Assembly: GCF_009914755.1 (NCBI RefSeq)
Contig: NC_060926.1
Direction: 5' to 3' (one strand)
DNA: 64,000 bases
From: the human T2T-CHM13v2.0 reference genome, Homo sapiens
Position numbers and translations under genes: made by a program. The notes under the pieces were generated by a model, which was given only the letters and a program-made list of their open reading frames with translations, had not been told where the DNA came from and searched no databases. This document shows, one piece after another, positions 1-14,590 of the stretch (position 1 is its first letter; the number at the start of each line of letters is the position of its first letter).

Positions 1-253
1 TGTCTAAAACACCAAAAGCAACGGCAACAAAAGCCAAAATTGACCAATGGGATCTAATTCAACTAAAGAGCTTCTGCACAGCAAAAGAAACTACCATCAG
101 AGTGAACAGGCAACCTACAAAATGGGAGAAAATTTTCGCAACCCACTCATCTGACAAAGGGCTAATATCCAGAATCTACAATGAACTCAAACACATTTAC
201 AAGAAAAAAACAAACAACCCCATCAAAAAGTGGGTGAAGGACATGAACAGGCA
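1..253 (+). mobile_element. Young L1PA (L1PA2-4-like) ORF2 fragment, runs off the left edge
   Basis: Near-consensus L1 ORF2 ([36 protein letters not shown]); ends abruptly at a poly-T. Confidence 0.9.
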
Positions 254-895
254 CTTTTTTTCTTTTTTTATACTTTTAAGTTCAGGGGTACATGTGCAGG
301 TTTGTTACATAGGTAAACGTGTGTCATGGCAGTTTGTTGTGTACATCATTTCATCACCCAGGTATTAAGCCTAGTATCATTAGTTATTTTTCCTGATCCT
401 CACCCTCCTCCTACCTTCCACCCTCTGATAGGCCCCAGTGTGTGTTAATTCCCTCTATGTGTCCATGTGTTCTCATAATTTAGCCCCACATATAAGTGAG
501 AACATCAGGTATTTGGTTTTCTGTTCCTGCATTAGTTTGCTAAGATAATGGCCTTCAGCTCCATCCACGTTCCTTCAAAGAACATGATCTCATTCTTTTT
601 CATGGGTGTATAATATTCCATGGTATATATGTGCCACCTTTTCTTTATCCTGTCTATCACGATGGGCATTTAGGTTGATTCTATGTCTTTGCTATTGCGA
701 AAAGTGCTACAGTGAACATACATGTGCATGTATCTCTATAGTAGAATGATTTATATTCCTTTGGGTATATACCCAGTAATGGGGTTGCTGTGTCAAATCG
801 TATTTCTGCCTTTAAGTCTTTGAGGTATCACCACGCTGTCTTCCACAATGGTTGAATTAATTTACAATCCCACCAACAGTATATAAGCGTTCTTT
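254..895 (-). mobile_element. Older L1PA (L1PA11-13-like) 3' end, 5'-truncated
   Basis: Poly-T then tactttaagttcaggggtacatgtgcagg...catcacccaggtattaagcctag, the reverse complement of an L1PA 3' UTR. Confidence 0.9.
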
Positions 896-1242
896 AAATT
901 CAATATAAACATTTTTTGGTGTGTATATATTATGAACCTACTTTGTGTAAAGTGATGGGTAACCATGAAGAGTAAATATTTACTTGGGTCTAGGTATTTT
1001 ACTATGATGAAAGTTTTACTCTTTCGCTTCAGCTAAGAAAGGCTCTTTCAGAGTGAGAAAAAAAGTATTTGTAAACATGTTTATCAAATGAAAGGACCCA
1101 ACAGGAATGCCTCAGGCGTCATGTGCAGCAGCAAAGTAGGCTATTCAGCAGTGGAGAAGTCATTTACTCAAGGAGGCCAAAAGCTGCCCTAGAAGTAGAG
1201 GATGCACTTTGGGGTCCAACAAAATGCACCAAAATTGAACAT

Positions 1243-1397
1243 GGACTCCATTCATAATTAGCATGTGATCTTGATCAAGCCACTTAACTCCTCTGAACCC
1301 TGGTATTTTTTAACATATAAAATGCACATTCCTAATTTTTAAGGATTTGTGAGAATTAAACGAGATTATTATAAAGCACATAGTAGGTGCTTATTAG
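1243..1397 (+). mobile_element. MIR fragment
   Basis: tgtgatcttgatcaagccacttaactcctctgaacc...taaaatg...catagtaggtgct resembles the MIR core and 3' end. Confidence 0.7.
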
Positions 1398-2979
1398 GTC
1401 AGTCCTCTTGATGATATATACAAGTTCTATCAGGTTACTGCTTTTCCTCAATAATACAGAAAAAAGATAGAATATGAGGACAATTATATATACATAAACC
1501 CTAATAAAACTCCCTGGCTTACTCTTTCCAAAAAGATTAAGGAGAAGACGATGACCAAGAACACTCAACTGCCCAAGCTGATGCTGTAAAGCTCTACTTA
1601 CACAAAGACAACATAGAATTCCAACAGAAAAATAGAATTTATGTAGAAAACTGGGCTAAGACATACAGAAATTAAAACTCCTCACAAAAGAGAAGATAAA
1701 CACTGCCACAGTCTCTCTCTAAATGGGAAATGGATCATGTCTGAGAGAAAAGAGTCAGTGTGGCTTGACATCATTCTGGGGTATCCCTTGTCACAGCACT
1801 TTTAGAGGTAGCTCTCTGTGTTTCTCTTTAGATAGCTTTTTCTCTCATCTCAAGGACTTGTCTATACCTTCTTGAAAAAGTAAAGTAAAAGCTTAGACAC
1901 TTTCAGGAGCCAAGTAAGAAGTTAGAGCCTTCCACTACTTCAACAAGCATGGCAACAATGGACTTCAGGAATGGGATGTCTTCCACATCAGCACTGTCAA
2001 GATGAGACCTCAGGAAAAAAGACCAAGATGAGTGCCATCTGGGACAGCAGCAACAGGTGCAGACTAAGGCCATCAGGTGATACAGTGTTGATAGCCCCAC
2101 TAATGGAGGCAAGACAGGTTAAGAAAAGTGAAGAAATTGAGGGTCTCCCCATTCCTCTGCCCAAACTCTTCAAATCAGACATTGTGTTTTATATACAGTA
2201 TCTCACTGAGGGGAATAAATTTGCAAACTGAGAAGTGATTTATATTCCAAGCAGCTCCAAAGGGCTGGAATCCACAGCCAGACTCTATGCTTTACCATTC
2301 TCATTATTACTTTAATAGTTTGTTATTACCAATATATTCTGGGAGAGCTAGGGTTATATTTTTTGTGACTGAAATTATCTCTTAGGAAACAAGCACGGGC
2401 TATTCATTCTTTCTTCCAACATTAAGGACCACAAAACACTTCTCAAACATACCAGATTTTTTTGTCAACTCTCTTGCCTTTAATGAAGTTAATATACAAC
2501 TTCATTTTATTTCACTCATTAAAACTGTTTTATCAGTTTCCTTAGGCCATATACTCAGCAAAAAGTAGTAGAATGGAAATGGAGCCCTTTCAAAATCCTT
2601 AACTGCTTGTTTACCAAAATGTTATACAATGAATTTCTGTTCACTGGTTTCTGAGATAACATAGTTTTTAACATTGTTTTTAAGATAACACAGAAAAAGT
2701 TTTGAGGAGGTAGGATGTTGATAAAAAATTAAAACTAGGTGCACTTAAGGCTATATGAGAAAAGAACAAATGTTTAAATTTTTTCTCCAAAAGAACATAT
2801 TAAAAGCTAAATTTTATACATGAGCACAAAAAGAAATACTATATTAATTTTAAAAGGGTTATTTTTATATTGTGACCAATTTTCATTTAAAGGTGAAATA
2901 TCACAACAATAAATATGTATGTTCTGTATCCACAGGTTGGTTAACTATTAATTAGAATTAATTATATTTTTAAAATTAA

Positions 2980-3284
2980 GGCTGGATGGGGTGGTTCACA
3001 CCTGTAATCCCAGCACTTTGGGAGGCCAAGATGGGTGGATCACTTGAGGTCAGGAATTCAACACCAGCCTATTCAATATGACAAAACCCCGTCTCTACCA
3101 AAAATACAAAAATTAGCCAGGTGTGGTGGTACATGCCTGTAATCCTAGCTACTTGGGAGACTGAGGCAGGAGAATCACTTGAACCCAGGAGGCACAGGTT
3201 TCAGTGAGCTGAGATCCCCACTGCACTCAAACCTGGGCAACAAAGCGAGACTCTGTCTCAAATAAATAAATTAATTAAATAAAA
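2980..3284 (+). mobile_element. AluS
   Basis: Dimeric Alu with A-rich linker and (AAAT)n tail. Confidence 0.95.
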
Positions 3285-4104
3285 GTAGTGTTACCCATCT
3301 TAGCATGTTATTTCATAATGCACACATTATTTTGATTAATAGACAGTACACTGCTTTGCTGATTAGGACATTTACTGAGTGTCAAAATTAATTCTGATTT
3401 AATAAAATTAATGTGGAATGTTGCAGGATAGCAAAAGTAGAATCAAAGCTTATCAGAATTAAATAACACTATTTTTCTAGTTTTCTAATTTTCAGTGATC
3501 CATTTATTTGAAAAGGAGCTTGGGCAAGTTTACCCTGAAAATGAAGATACAGAACTGGAATATAGTAACATAAAAATGAAAGAATAAAAGACCAATAATA
3601 AAAGTGACTAGGAAGCAACAATTATATAAGAAGGTTTCAATTTTTTACATGGCTAAGGTTTTCATAAAAAAAAAAAAAAACTCTGAGCTTCCTGGCAGCC
3701 AAAGTAAACAGGGAAATGTTATGCATTATACATGACACATTTTGCCTCATGAAAGAAGATACAACAATAAATCAAAAGAAAGATGTTTATTCTAATATTT
3801 AAATTCTGTTAAGAGTTTGTCATATGGGCTATGACATCAAAAAACAAAAGGAACAGCATAATAATTCGTAAGTCAAAGGCATTCATGGATTTCCATCACT
3901 TCAAAAGAACATCAATAAGAAGCCAATATATCCTATATTGAGAACCTATAGCAGTAAGTGTACTGCGGGGTAATGCAAAATAATTCATATATGTAGCCTT
4001 CCAATTATCTGACTCATGTTGAGGGTAAAAGAGAAAAATGTAGTCTGGTTAGCATGTCTTGGATTATAACTTTCATTAAGTCAACTAGTATTTATTGATT
4101 ATAA

Positions 4105-4590
4105 TAGCTGCCATTAATTGACTATTTACTGGGAACAAGTGACTATGACAGCTGCTTTAAACACTTGACAATTTAATTATAACAGTCCATTTCAATCAAG
4201 GCAAATGAAGAAATTGAGGCTCAGAAAGGTCAAGGAAAGTTCCTTGAGTCACGTAGTGAATGGTGAAATTGAGATGTGAATCTGGTGTGCTTGGCTTCAA
4301 AGACAATGTTGTCAACTTCTCTGCTGTCCTGCCTCCACATATGGTAAGTGCCATGTTCTAGAAAACACAGCGTGTAGGGTTGAAGGTTAACTGGCATTTG
4401 TTTGAAACTGCACACAAATTTTCACATATTTAATTTCATGCCACAAAACAAATCCTAGACATAGAGAGCATTATCACAGTGATCTCCATTTTGCGAATAA
4501 GAAAACTGAATCCAAAGATGCATAAGATTGCATAGTTACGGTAAACGACACACGAACTCACTCAAAGTTTGAAAGCCCAGAGCCCTTTCA
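4105..4590 (-). mobile_element. Two MIR fragments
   Basis: aaatgaagaaattgaggctcagaaagg and ccattttgcgaataagaaaactga are MIR core motifs. Confidence 0.65.
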
Positions 4591-7219
4591 TGCTTTTGAC
4601 AGAAGCTGTATGATATAGCTCACAACCCAATCACAAAAACATCATTCAAGTGATGCACGTCTCTTTTGTGGAGGACTGGGGGATCTTCATTCTCTAGATT
4701 CCAGGTGTGTAGGAAGAAAAGGTGGGATTTTATTGCAGGAGCCATGGAGCCTGACTCACATTCTTGCCATGACAAAGGACAGCTGCATGTCAACATGGAG
4801 TAGAGCTGAAAGAGTAACTGCAGGCAGAGATGAAACTCATCTCAAAAAGAAGCAGCTCAAACCAGTATACACCAACGTGAAAACGATCCATTGCTAAACT
4901 TTTTTTGTTTCTTTGATGAGTGTTTCTTTTAAGTAGAATTTTGAAAATAAACAGGTAACTCTAAAGATGTATTTCTTTGTGTCTCGATACTTGCTATAAT
5001 CCCCAAAACACCAATGGAATTTTATAAATTTTCAACCATCTTGTTCAATACATTTATGATAAAACATCCATTAGGTATTTCTGAGTCAAATACTGAGCTG
5101 GTTATTCCTGCTATGCAGAAAAAAAAAAATAGTGCTCTATCATTCCCTTGGATTGGCAGTGAATTCCTGGAGCACTGCATTGAGGACAATGTCCAGCCTC
5201 AGTAGGACAAGGTGCTTTAATAGATGAACAGTATCTTACCTGGGCTGAGAATGGGGAAACTACATATGCAAGCCACATATATACCACTCTTATTTCAGGG
5301 GCACCTTCATACCTACTGTATTTCCTCATGTCATTTATCCCTGCAAATACCTTTTAGTTCAGACCAGGTTTTAATTGGAAAAATCACAACACAAAAGTCA
5401 AACATAGTACCTGGACTGATCATGTCTGGATATCACTGCCAATACATTTGTCCTGCTGCCTCCAAAATTTTGTGCAATTTCTTGGCTAGCACAAACTCTT
5501 TTCTTAGTGTGTAAAAGTTGACATTTTTCTATATAACTTTTCATGCCCCAGATCCCATATTTGGAGGCTAATAGAGTGAACACTTCACATCTCTCATCAT
5601 GCAAGAAATGAAGGGGTTATAAATCTAGCTTATGACTTTAAAAAGGTTACTAGACCCCTTAATCTGGCCTTGGGTGACTTGACTATAACAACATTCTCTT
5701 CTCAAAACTAAAATTATAATGGCACAATGTCTGAAAAATGACTCCTGTCCTGTTGTATTATTTTTATATACCATCTTGCTTCAAAACACAATAGATATGA
5801 TTGATGATATTCCCTTATTAATCCTGTTTAGTTAGAAGTGAGGAAAAAGGATAAAAGCCTTACATATCTCAAATGCAAATATATGTGAATATTAATCCTA
5901 CAAATGGATAATCCTTTTAGATCATGTTTATAGAGCAGTCTATATAGAAAGTGTTAGGATTTTCTTAGACAAACTCAAATCAGGAAAAGTGAACTTTACT
6001 TCTATAAAAATCAGCAATTGTAGGCATCTTAAGGATGCATAAAAGCAATATGCCTGTCATTACATTTACTCCCACTCAAAAGTTCACCCAAAAGATAGTT
6101 ATGTTGACAGCTTACCACGTTGGCAATCATAACAATTCTTGGATAAATTTGGGCATTACAAGTTATGTTGAAATGTGAAAGCTCTAATTTAACCCCTAAT
6201 TAACAGAATCATTGATTTCAAACTCACAGATATAATTTTACCCTCTTCTTCATAAAAAGGAAAAATAGGGAAGAAAGGCAGGCAGGCAAGAAGGAAGGGA
6301 GGAAGGAAGACAGGCAGGAAGGAAGACAGCCAGACTTAGGACACATGACTGATTTTGATCTAGTCCTAAAGGATAAAAATGCGTTAATGTGCAGATTGTG
6401 ACAACACTAAAGACTGTAAAAAAAAAATTAAAAGATAAATATATATAGCATTTCAGTCTTTATCATATTCTGCCTCTAGTATTTGTTGAGCACATAATAA
6501 AGTATAAATCATACATAATAGAAATAGTAATTATTGTACTATATAAATACATATCTTGCATTACAATTTCTTGCTTTTACTTATTTTATTATCAAAGGTC
6601 CTGGTAAAAGACTTTACCTGCAGAAGTCATTTGATTCTTTATGTACATAGGAAGAAAGGACTAAGTATGAATTCTGTCCTGTTGTCAATGATAAGCTGTT
6701 GAAAATTATTCTATCATATCTGTTTCATATGGAGAACAAAACTTCCTAAAATATCATAGTACCAATTACTTTCCTCTCTCAAATACAAGGGACTTTTTCT
6801 ATTAAACATTCAGCACCATTATGGTGAAGAACAGTAATCACAAAAACAAACAAATGGACAAAAAAGCTTTACCATCTTGATCAACAGTGTTTTCAGGTAT
6901 GACTGCTAAAGCAAAGAAGAGTTTCTTTATGACAAAAACAACAATTTTCTACCAAAGAGAATCCAATATCATATTCTCTCCCAATTACAAAAATATGCTA
7001 CTAACTCATATATGGTCAAATAACACTCATTTTATTTAACTCCTAAAACACAACGGTATTAAGTGCCAGAAACTGTACATGGTGATTAAAACCTACAGTT
7101 GGAAGCAATCGCATCATATATAAAGAACATATTTAAAGTTCAGAGAGCCCAGCCTGTTAGAGATAGCCACCTCCTTGAAAGGCTTTCTGAAAAATGGTCA
7201 GTTAACAGAACCAGAAATA

Positions 7220-7534
7220 CAGTCGGCCTACTGTATCTCTGGGTTCCACCTCTGTGGATTCAACCAACTGCGGATGGAAAATATTTGGGAAAAATTTCCA
7301 CAGGGTTCCAAATAATAAAATTTTAATTTTCCACCTGTGGAGTACTACACTTAATCCATGCAAATGAAGTGATGTGTAGGCATTGTATTGGATATTATAA
7401 GTAACTAGAGATGATTTAAAGTATACAGGAGAATGGGTGTAGGTTATATGCAAATACTATGACACTTTATATAACGGACTTGAGCATCTTCTGAGGTTCT
7501 GAAACCAATCCCCCACGATAATGAGGGATGACTG
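7220..7534. mobile_element. MER2/MER2B (TcMar-Tigger MITE)
   Basis: TA|CAGTCGGCC ... GAGGGATGACTG|TA terminal inverted repeats with TA TSD; internal ctagagatgatttaaagtatacaggag. Confidence 0.85.
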
Positions 7535-8639
7535 TACTGCCACACATGTGCATGTACATACACAAACACACTCCCACCTACTAAAAAGATGATTGATAGG
7601 AAGAAGAAGGAGGCTATGCTTTAGGGAGGCTGCATTCATGGAAGGGATATTTCCTCTCTTCCCTCCCTGCTGGAGTCAAAACGGGTACTTTGTAGCCACT
7701 TGCAGAAACCTTTACCTCCTCTGTCCTCTCTCCAGGTTCCAAGGATCTGGTGCTGGGAAGGAAGGTGGGACAAAAATAGAGAAGACTGCTCCTTCCATTC
7801 TTGCACTTCGAGTTTGCAGAGGGATGTGAAGAGTTTTACACCGGATATAAGGGTCATACTTTAAAATAAACTGGATGAAGTTTTAAAGAAACAAAAAGAA
7901 TCAAACTAATAAACAAAAGCAATCGAAAAGTTTTGAAACAAGACTGGTTTTTTTAAAGGGGGGCACTACTTTGTGTGAAAAGGAAGAGTGTAATAACATA
8001 ACTAGGGACAATTGTAAAAAAGCAGTTTTATGTTTAGGCCTCAAGAAACCACTTACATATCCATTATTGTTAAAATACAATAGCATTTATCATAGTCTTC
8101 AACAAGTGAACCTCTCTGTCATGGAACCTGTGCTTGAATACCTCCATTCATATAGAGCTCACTAGCATACTGATGAAGTCTAATCCATTTTTTTGAATAG
8201 CTCTAACATTTGACTATGAAGTCTGAAGTGAAAAAATCTCCCAAATGCTGAAAATATTTCATTCTAACTACAGAAAAAGGAAAGAATTTCCATTAACTCA
8301 AAATGGTAATGACTGATTTGATCATCATAGAGAAACATGAAGGAATTTATAGGTTGGAAGTTTCTGTTCTTGTGGAGGAAGGACCTGATTTAAAGCACAG
8401 TACAAAAATCCCAGATTGTGGAAATAGCTAGTGACTGAGGGTGTCCTGGAATGCAAGAAAAATGAATATGTGGGGGAAGGTACAGAAAAGCACCAACATT
8501 GCCTTATAGTCCAATCTCGTCTCTTTTCTTTTAGATTTTGTCCCTGCAGAGCAGATGGCACATGGCCCCAGTGCTCTATTAAGTTACAGTAAATCAGAAT
8601 GAGAAAGTCCCATACTAATCTGATAAGAGGCATCTACTA

Positions 8640-8765
8640 GTTGGATAAGAGCATTGACTTTAGAATCAGGTGAACTTGGGTTTGAATCAGCTCAATCCCT
8701 TGGCAGCTGAGTGACCAATGTAATTATCTCAGCTACAGAACTGGAGATATACGATACCTTTACAT
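8640..8765 (+). mobile_element. MIR fragment
   Basis: agagcattgactttagaatcagg...ttgggtttgaatc is the MIR 5' part. Confidence 0.6.
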
Positions 8766-9234
8766 TCTGAGATCCCCTGATTCTAACATATAGTCTCTGT
8801 CTTTTCCTTCCCTTCACTACCTATTCACAAGAAAGTGAAATTTACACATTGTCACTATTTTCTTATTAACAGTCTGTATATTTTTAATTCCATGGTAAAT
8901 TTAGAGTCTGACAAAATTGATTAAGCGCAATAATAAAATAAAATCACTCTATTAATAAATGTAGGAAGTAAAAAGTAGAGATTTAAAAAACCTGAGACTT
9001 TATAAGATTTATATAACTTTTAGGTTATCACCTAGTTTTTAAACTGCTATAAGACAAACAATCTATCAGTATTGAGAAAAATTTATAGTTCCAAAAACCT
9101 TTAACTTAATTTTTAAAGTCTAGTTAAAGTATAAGAAAAAATATGATTATGGAGTTTTTCAGTTATCATTTTTCATTTGTCAAAAAAAGAAAGCCCACAT
9201 TTCATCAAAATATTTTACCAAATTCAAAATGTTA

Positions 9235-12200
9235 GAGACTTCTGACCATGAAGGAGTAAAAGGATCACAAACAGTCTCCACAAAAAAAAAATGAAAATAG
9301 CTATACAACTGGATCACATTGTCAGGACAATAATTCCAGGATCTAGAAATCAACCACGGGCAAACAGCAAATTGAGAAGCATGTATTCACCAGAAACTAT
9401 GGAATGTCAGTTAACAGTAGGAGTCTGCGGAATTCCAGCCTGAAGCTATTATCCCCATCCACTGCCCTACTGGGTCAACATGGATATTTTACAATAGTGG
9501 CACTGGTCTTGAAACCAGCAGCTTCATTGCTGGAGGTAGCTGACTTGATTTGGAACAGAGTATGGAGTTCAGAAAGCATGTGAGTTAGAGAAAGCAAACA
9601 GCAACATGACAGATTCCAACCATGTCAATTAGCTGTAACTAGACTTAAACACTACAATCAAAAGGCAGATTATCAGACTGCACGCAAAGACCAGATCCAA
9701 CCAAATGCTGTCTATAAGAGATACACTTTAGATACAGACATAAACAGGTGAAAATAAAAGGATGGAAAAAGCTATACTGTATAACCATCAGGGAGCTGAT
9801 GTGGCTGTATTAATATCATACAAAAATACTTTGAAACAATAAATGTAACTACAGACAAAGAGGATCATTCATAATGGTCAGAGGGCCAATACATCAGGAC
9901 AATATAGCAATCATAGCTGTATACTTACACACAGAGACAGAAAATACCCAAAGCTAAAACTGACAGAATTTAAAGGCAAAATAGGCAATTAAACAATTAT
10001 AGTTGTATATTTTAATACTGTATTCTCAATATTTGATAGAAAAACTAGACAGAAAAAATAAAGGGGTATAGAAGACTTGAACAACACAATCAACTAGACC
10101 TGACATTCAGAGAGCACTCCACCCAACAAAGCGAAATACACATTATTTTCAAATGCACACACAATATATGCTAAACCAAAGAATACATCTCAATAAATTT
10201 AAAATTATTGAAATCATTCAGGTATTGTCCACAACCACAACAATAATCAATTAGAAACTGACAACATAAAGAAATTTAGGGACTCCACAAATACATAAAA
10301 AACAAACAACATACTCTAAATAATTCACAGATAAATGGAGTTATAATGGAAATTAGAATACATTTTGAACTTAATAAAAACACAACTCATCAATGTATGA
10401 GATATACCTAAAGCAGTGTTTTAAAGAAAATATAGCTGTCAATGTAAATACTAAAAAAATTTTTCAAATAAATAATCCAAACTTCTACTTTAAGAGCCTA
10501 GGAAAGAAAAGCCTAAGCAAGCAAAAGGAAGGAAAAACTAAAGATCCAGAAATCAATTACATAGATAACATAAAACAATAGAGAAAATCAATGAAACCAA
10601 AAGTTAGCTTATTGAAAAGATCAACAAAACTATTTTACCTGTAGCTATGTTAACCAAGAAAAGACACAATTGTTACACTCAAGAATGAAAGAGTAGACAT
10701 CACTATGAATTCTTCAGAAATTAAAAGAACTATAAGAGAATATTTTGAACAACTCTATGCCAAAAAATTGGACAACTTAGATGAAATGGACAAATTCATT
10801 AAAAGATCTAAATCACTACAAAAGACTCATAAACAAAAATCTGAATAGAACAATAAGTAAATAATTGAATTAGCAATTAAATTCTTCCCACAGAGGAAAA
10901 TTCAGGCCCAGGTGTCTTCCCTAGTGAACTCTATAAATGTTTTTGAAAGGAAATAATACTAATCCTACACAACCTTTTTCATCAACTAGAGGTGGAGGAA
11001 CACTTCCCAACTCTTTGCATAAATTCAAACCCAAAGATACCACAAGAAAAGAAAACTATAGAACAATACTTTTCATAAACATATACCAAAAAATCATTAC
11101 TAAAATAGTAACAAACATTATATAAAAATCAACTCAAGATGGATTACAGACATAAATGTAAAACCCAAAACTATAAAAACTCTGGAAGATAATCTAGGCA
11201 ATACCATCCTGGATACAGGAACAGGCGAAGACTTCATGATAAAGATACCAAAAGCAATCGCAACAAAACAAAAATTGACAAGTGGGATCTAATTAAATTG
11301 AAAAGCTTCTTCACAGCCAAAGGAACTATTGACAGAGTAAACAGACAACCTAGAAAATGGAAGAAAATATTTGCAAACTATGCATCTGACAAAGGACTAA
11401 CATCCAGCTTCTATAAGGAACTTAAACTAATTTGCAGGAGAAAAACAAACAACCCCATTAAAAAGTGGGCAAAAGACATGAACAAATACTTTTCAAAAGA
11501 AGACATACATGCAGCCAACAAGCATGTGAAAAAAAAAGCTCAAAATCACTGATTATTACAGAATGCAAATAAAAACCGCAATGAGATACCATCTCACACC
11601 AGTCAGAATGGATACTATTAAAACATCAAAAAATAACAGATGCTGGCGAGGTTGTGGAGAAAAGAGAACGTTTATACACTGTTTGTGGGAATGTAAATTA
11701 GTTCAACCAATGTGAAAGACAGTGTGGCGATCCCTCCAAGAACTAAAAGCAGGCTTACCATTCAACCCAGCAATTCCATTACTAGGTATAAACCCAGAGG
11801 AATATAAATCATTCTACTATAAAGACACTGGCAAGCAAATGTTCACTGTAGCACTATTCATAATAGCAAAGATATGGAATTAACCTAAATGCCTATCAGT
11901 AACAGATTGGATAAAGAAAATGTGGTACATATACACCATGGCATACTATGCAGCCATAAAAAGAATGAGATCATGTCTTTTGCAGGAACACGGATGCAGC
12001 TGGAGACCATTAGCCTTGGCAAACTAACACAGGAACAGAAAACCAAATATCACGTGTTCTCACTTACAAGCGGGAGCTAAAAGATAAGAACTCATGAACA
12101 CAAAGAAGGAAACAACAGACACTGGGGTCTACCTGAGGGCAATGGGTGGGAGGAGAGGGAGGAGCAGAAAAGATACCTATTGCGTACTGGGCTTAATACC

Positions 12201-14590
12201 TGGGTGATGAAATAATCTGTACAACAAACCCCCGTGACACAAGTTTACCTATGTAACTTTCACACGTACCCCCAAACCTAAAATAAAAGTTTTTTTAAAA
12301 AGCTATAGTATCAAATATAAATTAAAGCAGTAAAATATACCACTTTTTGTGAAAGATGCAGAAAACAAAACGGTAGCAAACCAAATCTAACAACATATAA
12401 AAGAATGATACAACACATCCAAATGAGATTTATCCCAGGAATGCGAGACAAGTTTAAAATATAAAAATTAATTAATACAATACATCACATTAATAGAATA
12501 AAGGACAGAAAAGCATATCATTGTCCTAATAGATGCAGAAAAACTATTTGACAAAATCTAATACATATTCATGATTTTAAAAAATTCAACAAACAAAGCA
12601 TAGAAAGAAACTTCATCAACAAGGGCATCTAAGAGAAGCATTGAACAACCCCCACTTAAGACAGAACTAAGGCAAGGGCATCTGCCTGCTTCACTACTAT
12701 TTATTATCAAACTGGAAGGTCTACCCACTACACTTAGACAAATCAGAGCAATTACAGGCATACAAATTAGAAAGGAAGAAGTAAAACTCTATTCACAGAC
12801 TACAGATTCTTTAGGTAGAAAAACCTAAAGAATCTATAAAAGGAAGACAGACTAGATACTATTAAATGAATATAGCAAGTTTGCACAATTCATGATCAAT
12901 ATAAAAAAAATTCAAATGTATTTCTATATAATAGCAACTAAAAATTCAAAAATGAAAATAAGAAATTCTATTCAAAAATCATCAAAAAGTGTAAAATTCT
13001 TAGCAATGGGTTAATAAAAGAAGTGTAAAATTTGTACACTGACAATAATAAAATATTACTGAGAGAAATTAAAGAATATAAAAGTAGATGGACATTATAT
13101 GTTTATGATGAAGACTTAATATTGGTTAACAAGAAAATTCCCAAGAATTGATCTACAGAAACAATAATATTTCTATCAAAACCCCACCAGGCTTTTTTTG
13201 TAGAAGTTGGAAATATGCTTCTAAACTTGAGAGGGAATTATAAAGGATCTAGAATAGCCAGAACAATTCTTTAAAAGAACAAAGTTGGAGGATTTACACT
13301 TTGAAGTTACAAACTTACTATAAAGCTACAGTAATCAAGACAGTTGGTACTAGCATAAATTGACATATAGACAAACAGAACAGAATTGAAAGACCAGAAA
13401 TAAATCCTTAGATTTTTGATCAATTCATTTTTAACAAAGCTACCATTGGGAAATGGATGATCTTTTCAACAAATGTTTCCAGGTCAATTAGATATCCATA
13501 TGCAAAAATATGACTTTCGGCCCTTACCTCAAACCATACACAAAGATTAACTCAAATAGGATTATAGACCTAGATGTAAGAGCTAATATTACAAAGACTT
13601 CTAGTAGAAAACAGGAGAGAATTTTTGTGACCTTAGATTAGGCAAAGATTAAGACACTAAAAGCATAATCCATAAGGGAAAATGATAAATTTGACTTCAT
13701 TAAAATTAAAAACCTTTATTCTTCAAAAGATGCCATTAAGAAAATGAAGGACAAGTAATAAACTGAGAAAAAATATTTGTAAATCATCTATTGGACAAAG
13801 CACTTGTGACCAGAATTGATAAAGGACTCTTAAAACTCAAAATATGGATTTAATTCATCTTAAAAATTGGCAAAAGAATTGAATAGATATTCTATCAAAG
13901 AGGCTATACAAAGGACAAATAAGCACATGAAAAGATGTTCACCATCATCGGTCATTAGAGAAATGTAATTTAAAACTACAATGAGATACAATTCCACACC
14001 TGCTAGAAGGATTCTCATTTTTTAAAACTGCCGTACCAGGTGCCAGCGAGAAAGTGAAGAAGGTGGAACTCTCATACACTGCTGGGGAGACTATAAAGTT
14101 GTATGGCCGCTCTGGAAGATTAGCAGCTTACGAATGGATTAAACCAACACTTACTTTTGGATCTAACAATTCCATTCTTAGGAATCTACTCAAAGGAGTT
14201 AAAAACATATATTTATACAATCTTGTCAACTGATGTTCACAGCAGCATTATTTGTAATAAACAAAACCTGTCAATCCACTGGTTATTTAATAATCAAAAT
14301 ATGACATCTATAAAATTGAAAACTATTCAGATATAAAAAGGAATTTCAAAGGAATGAAGTTCTGATATCCACTACAAAAACACTGAGAACTGCATATTGC
14401 CTGATAGATCATTTACCTGTGGTTGGGGTGTGGGGATGGGTAGGAGTGGGCCATGACTGCACATTGACACAAGGGAACTTTTAAGGATTGCATAACTCTA
14501 AAAATTTTTTGAAAATCACTGAATCATATATTTAAAAGGATAAATTTTATGATATGTAAATTATGCCTTAACAAATCTGTTTAAAACTGT
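9235..14590 (+). mobile_element. Old L1M (L1MC/L1MD-like): 5' piece, decayed ORF2 and 3' UTR, interrupted by an L1PA
   Basis: Degenerate EN/RT-coding sequence (atagatgcagaaaaactatttgacaaaat) and 3' end tatgtaaattatgccttaacaaa. Confidence 0.85.
11117..12301 (+). mobile_element. L1PA14/15-like 3' fragment nested in the L1M
   Basis: ORF2 C-terminus (ORF 11298-11552) and 3' UTR ggagcagaaaagata...tgatgaaataatctgtacaacaaaccccc...cctaaaataaaagtt. Confidence 0.9.

Noticed and set aside
1907-2117. Protein-like + strand stretch (EPSKKLEPSTTSTS...) as a possible pseudo-exon
   Set aside because: Two in-frame TGA stops, weak splice sites, no recognisable homology.
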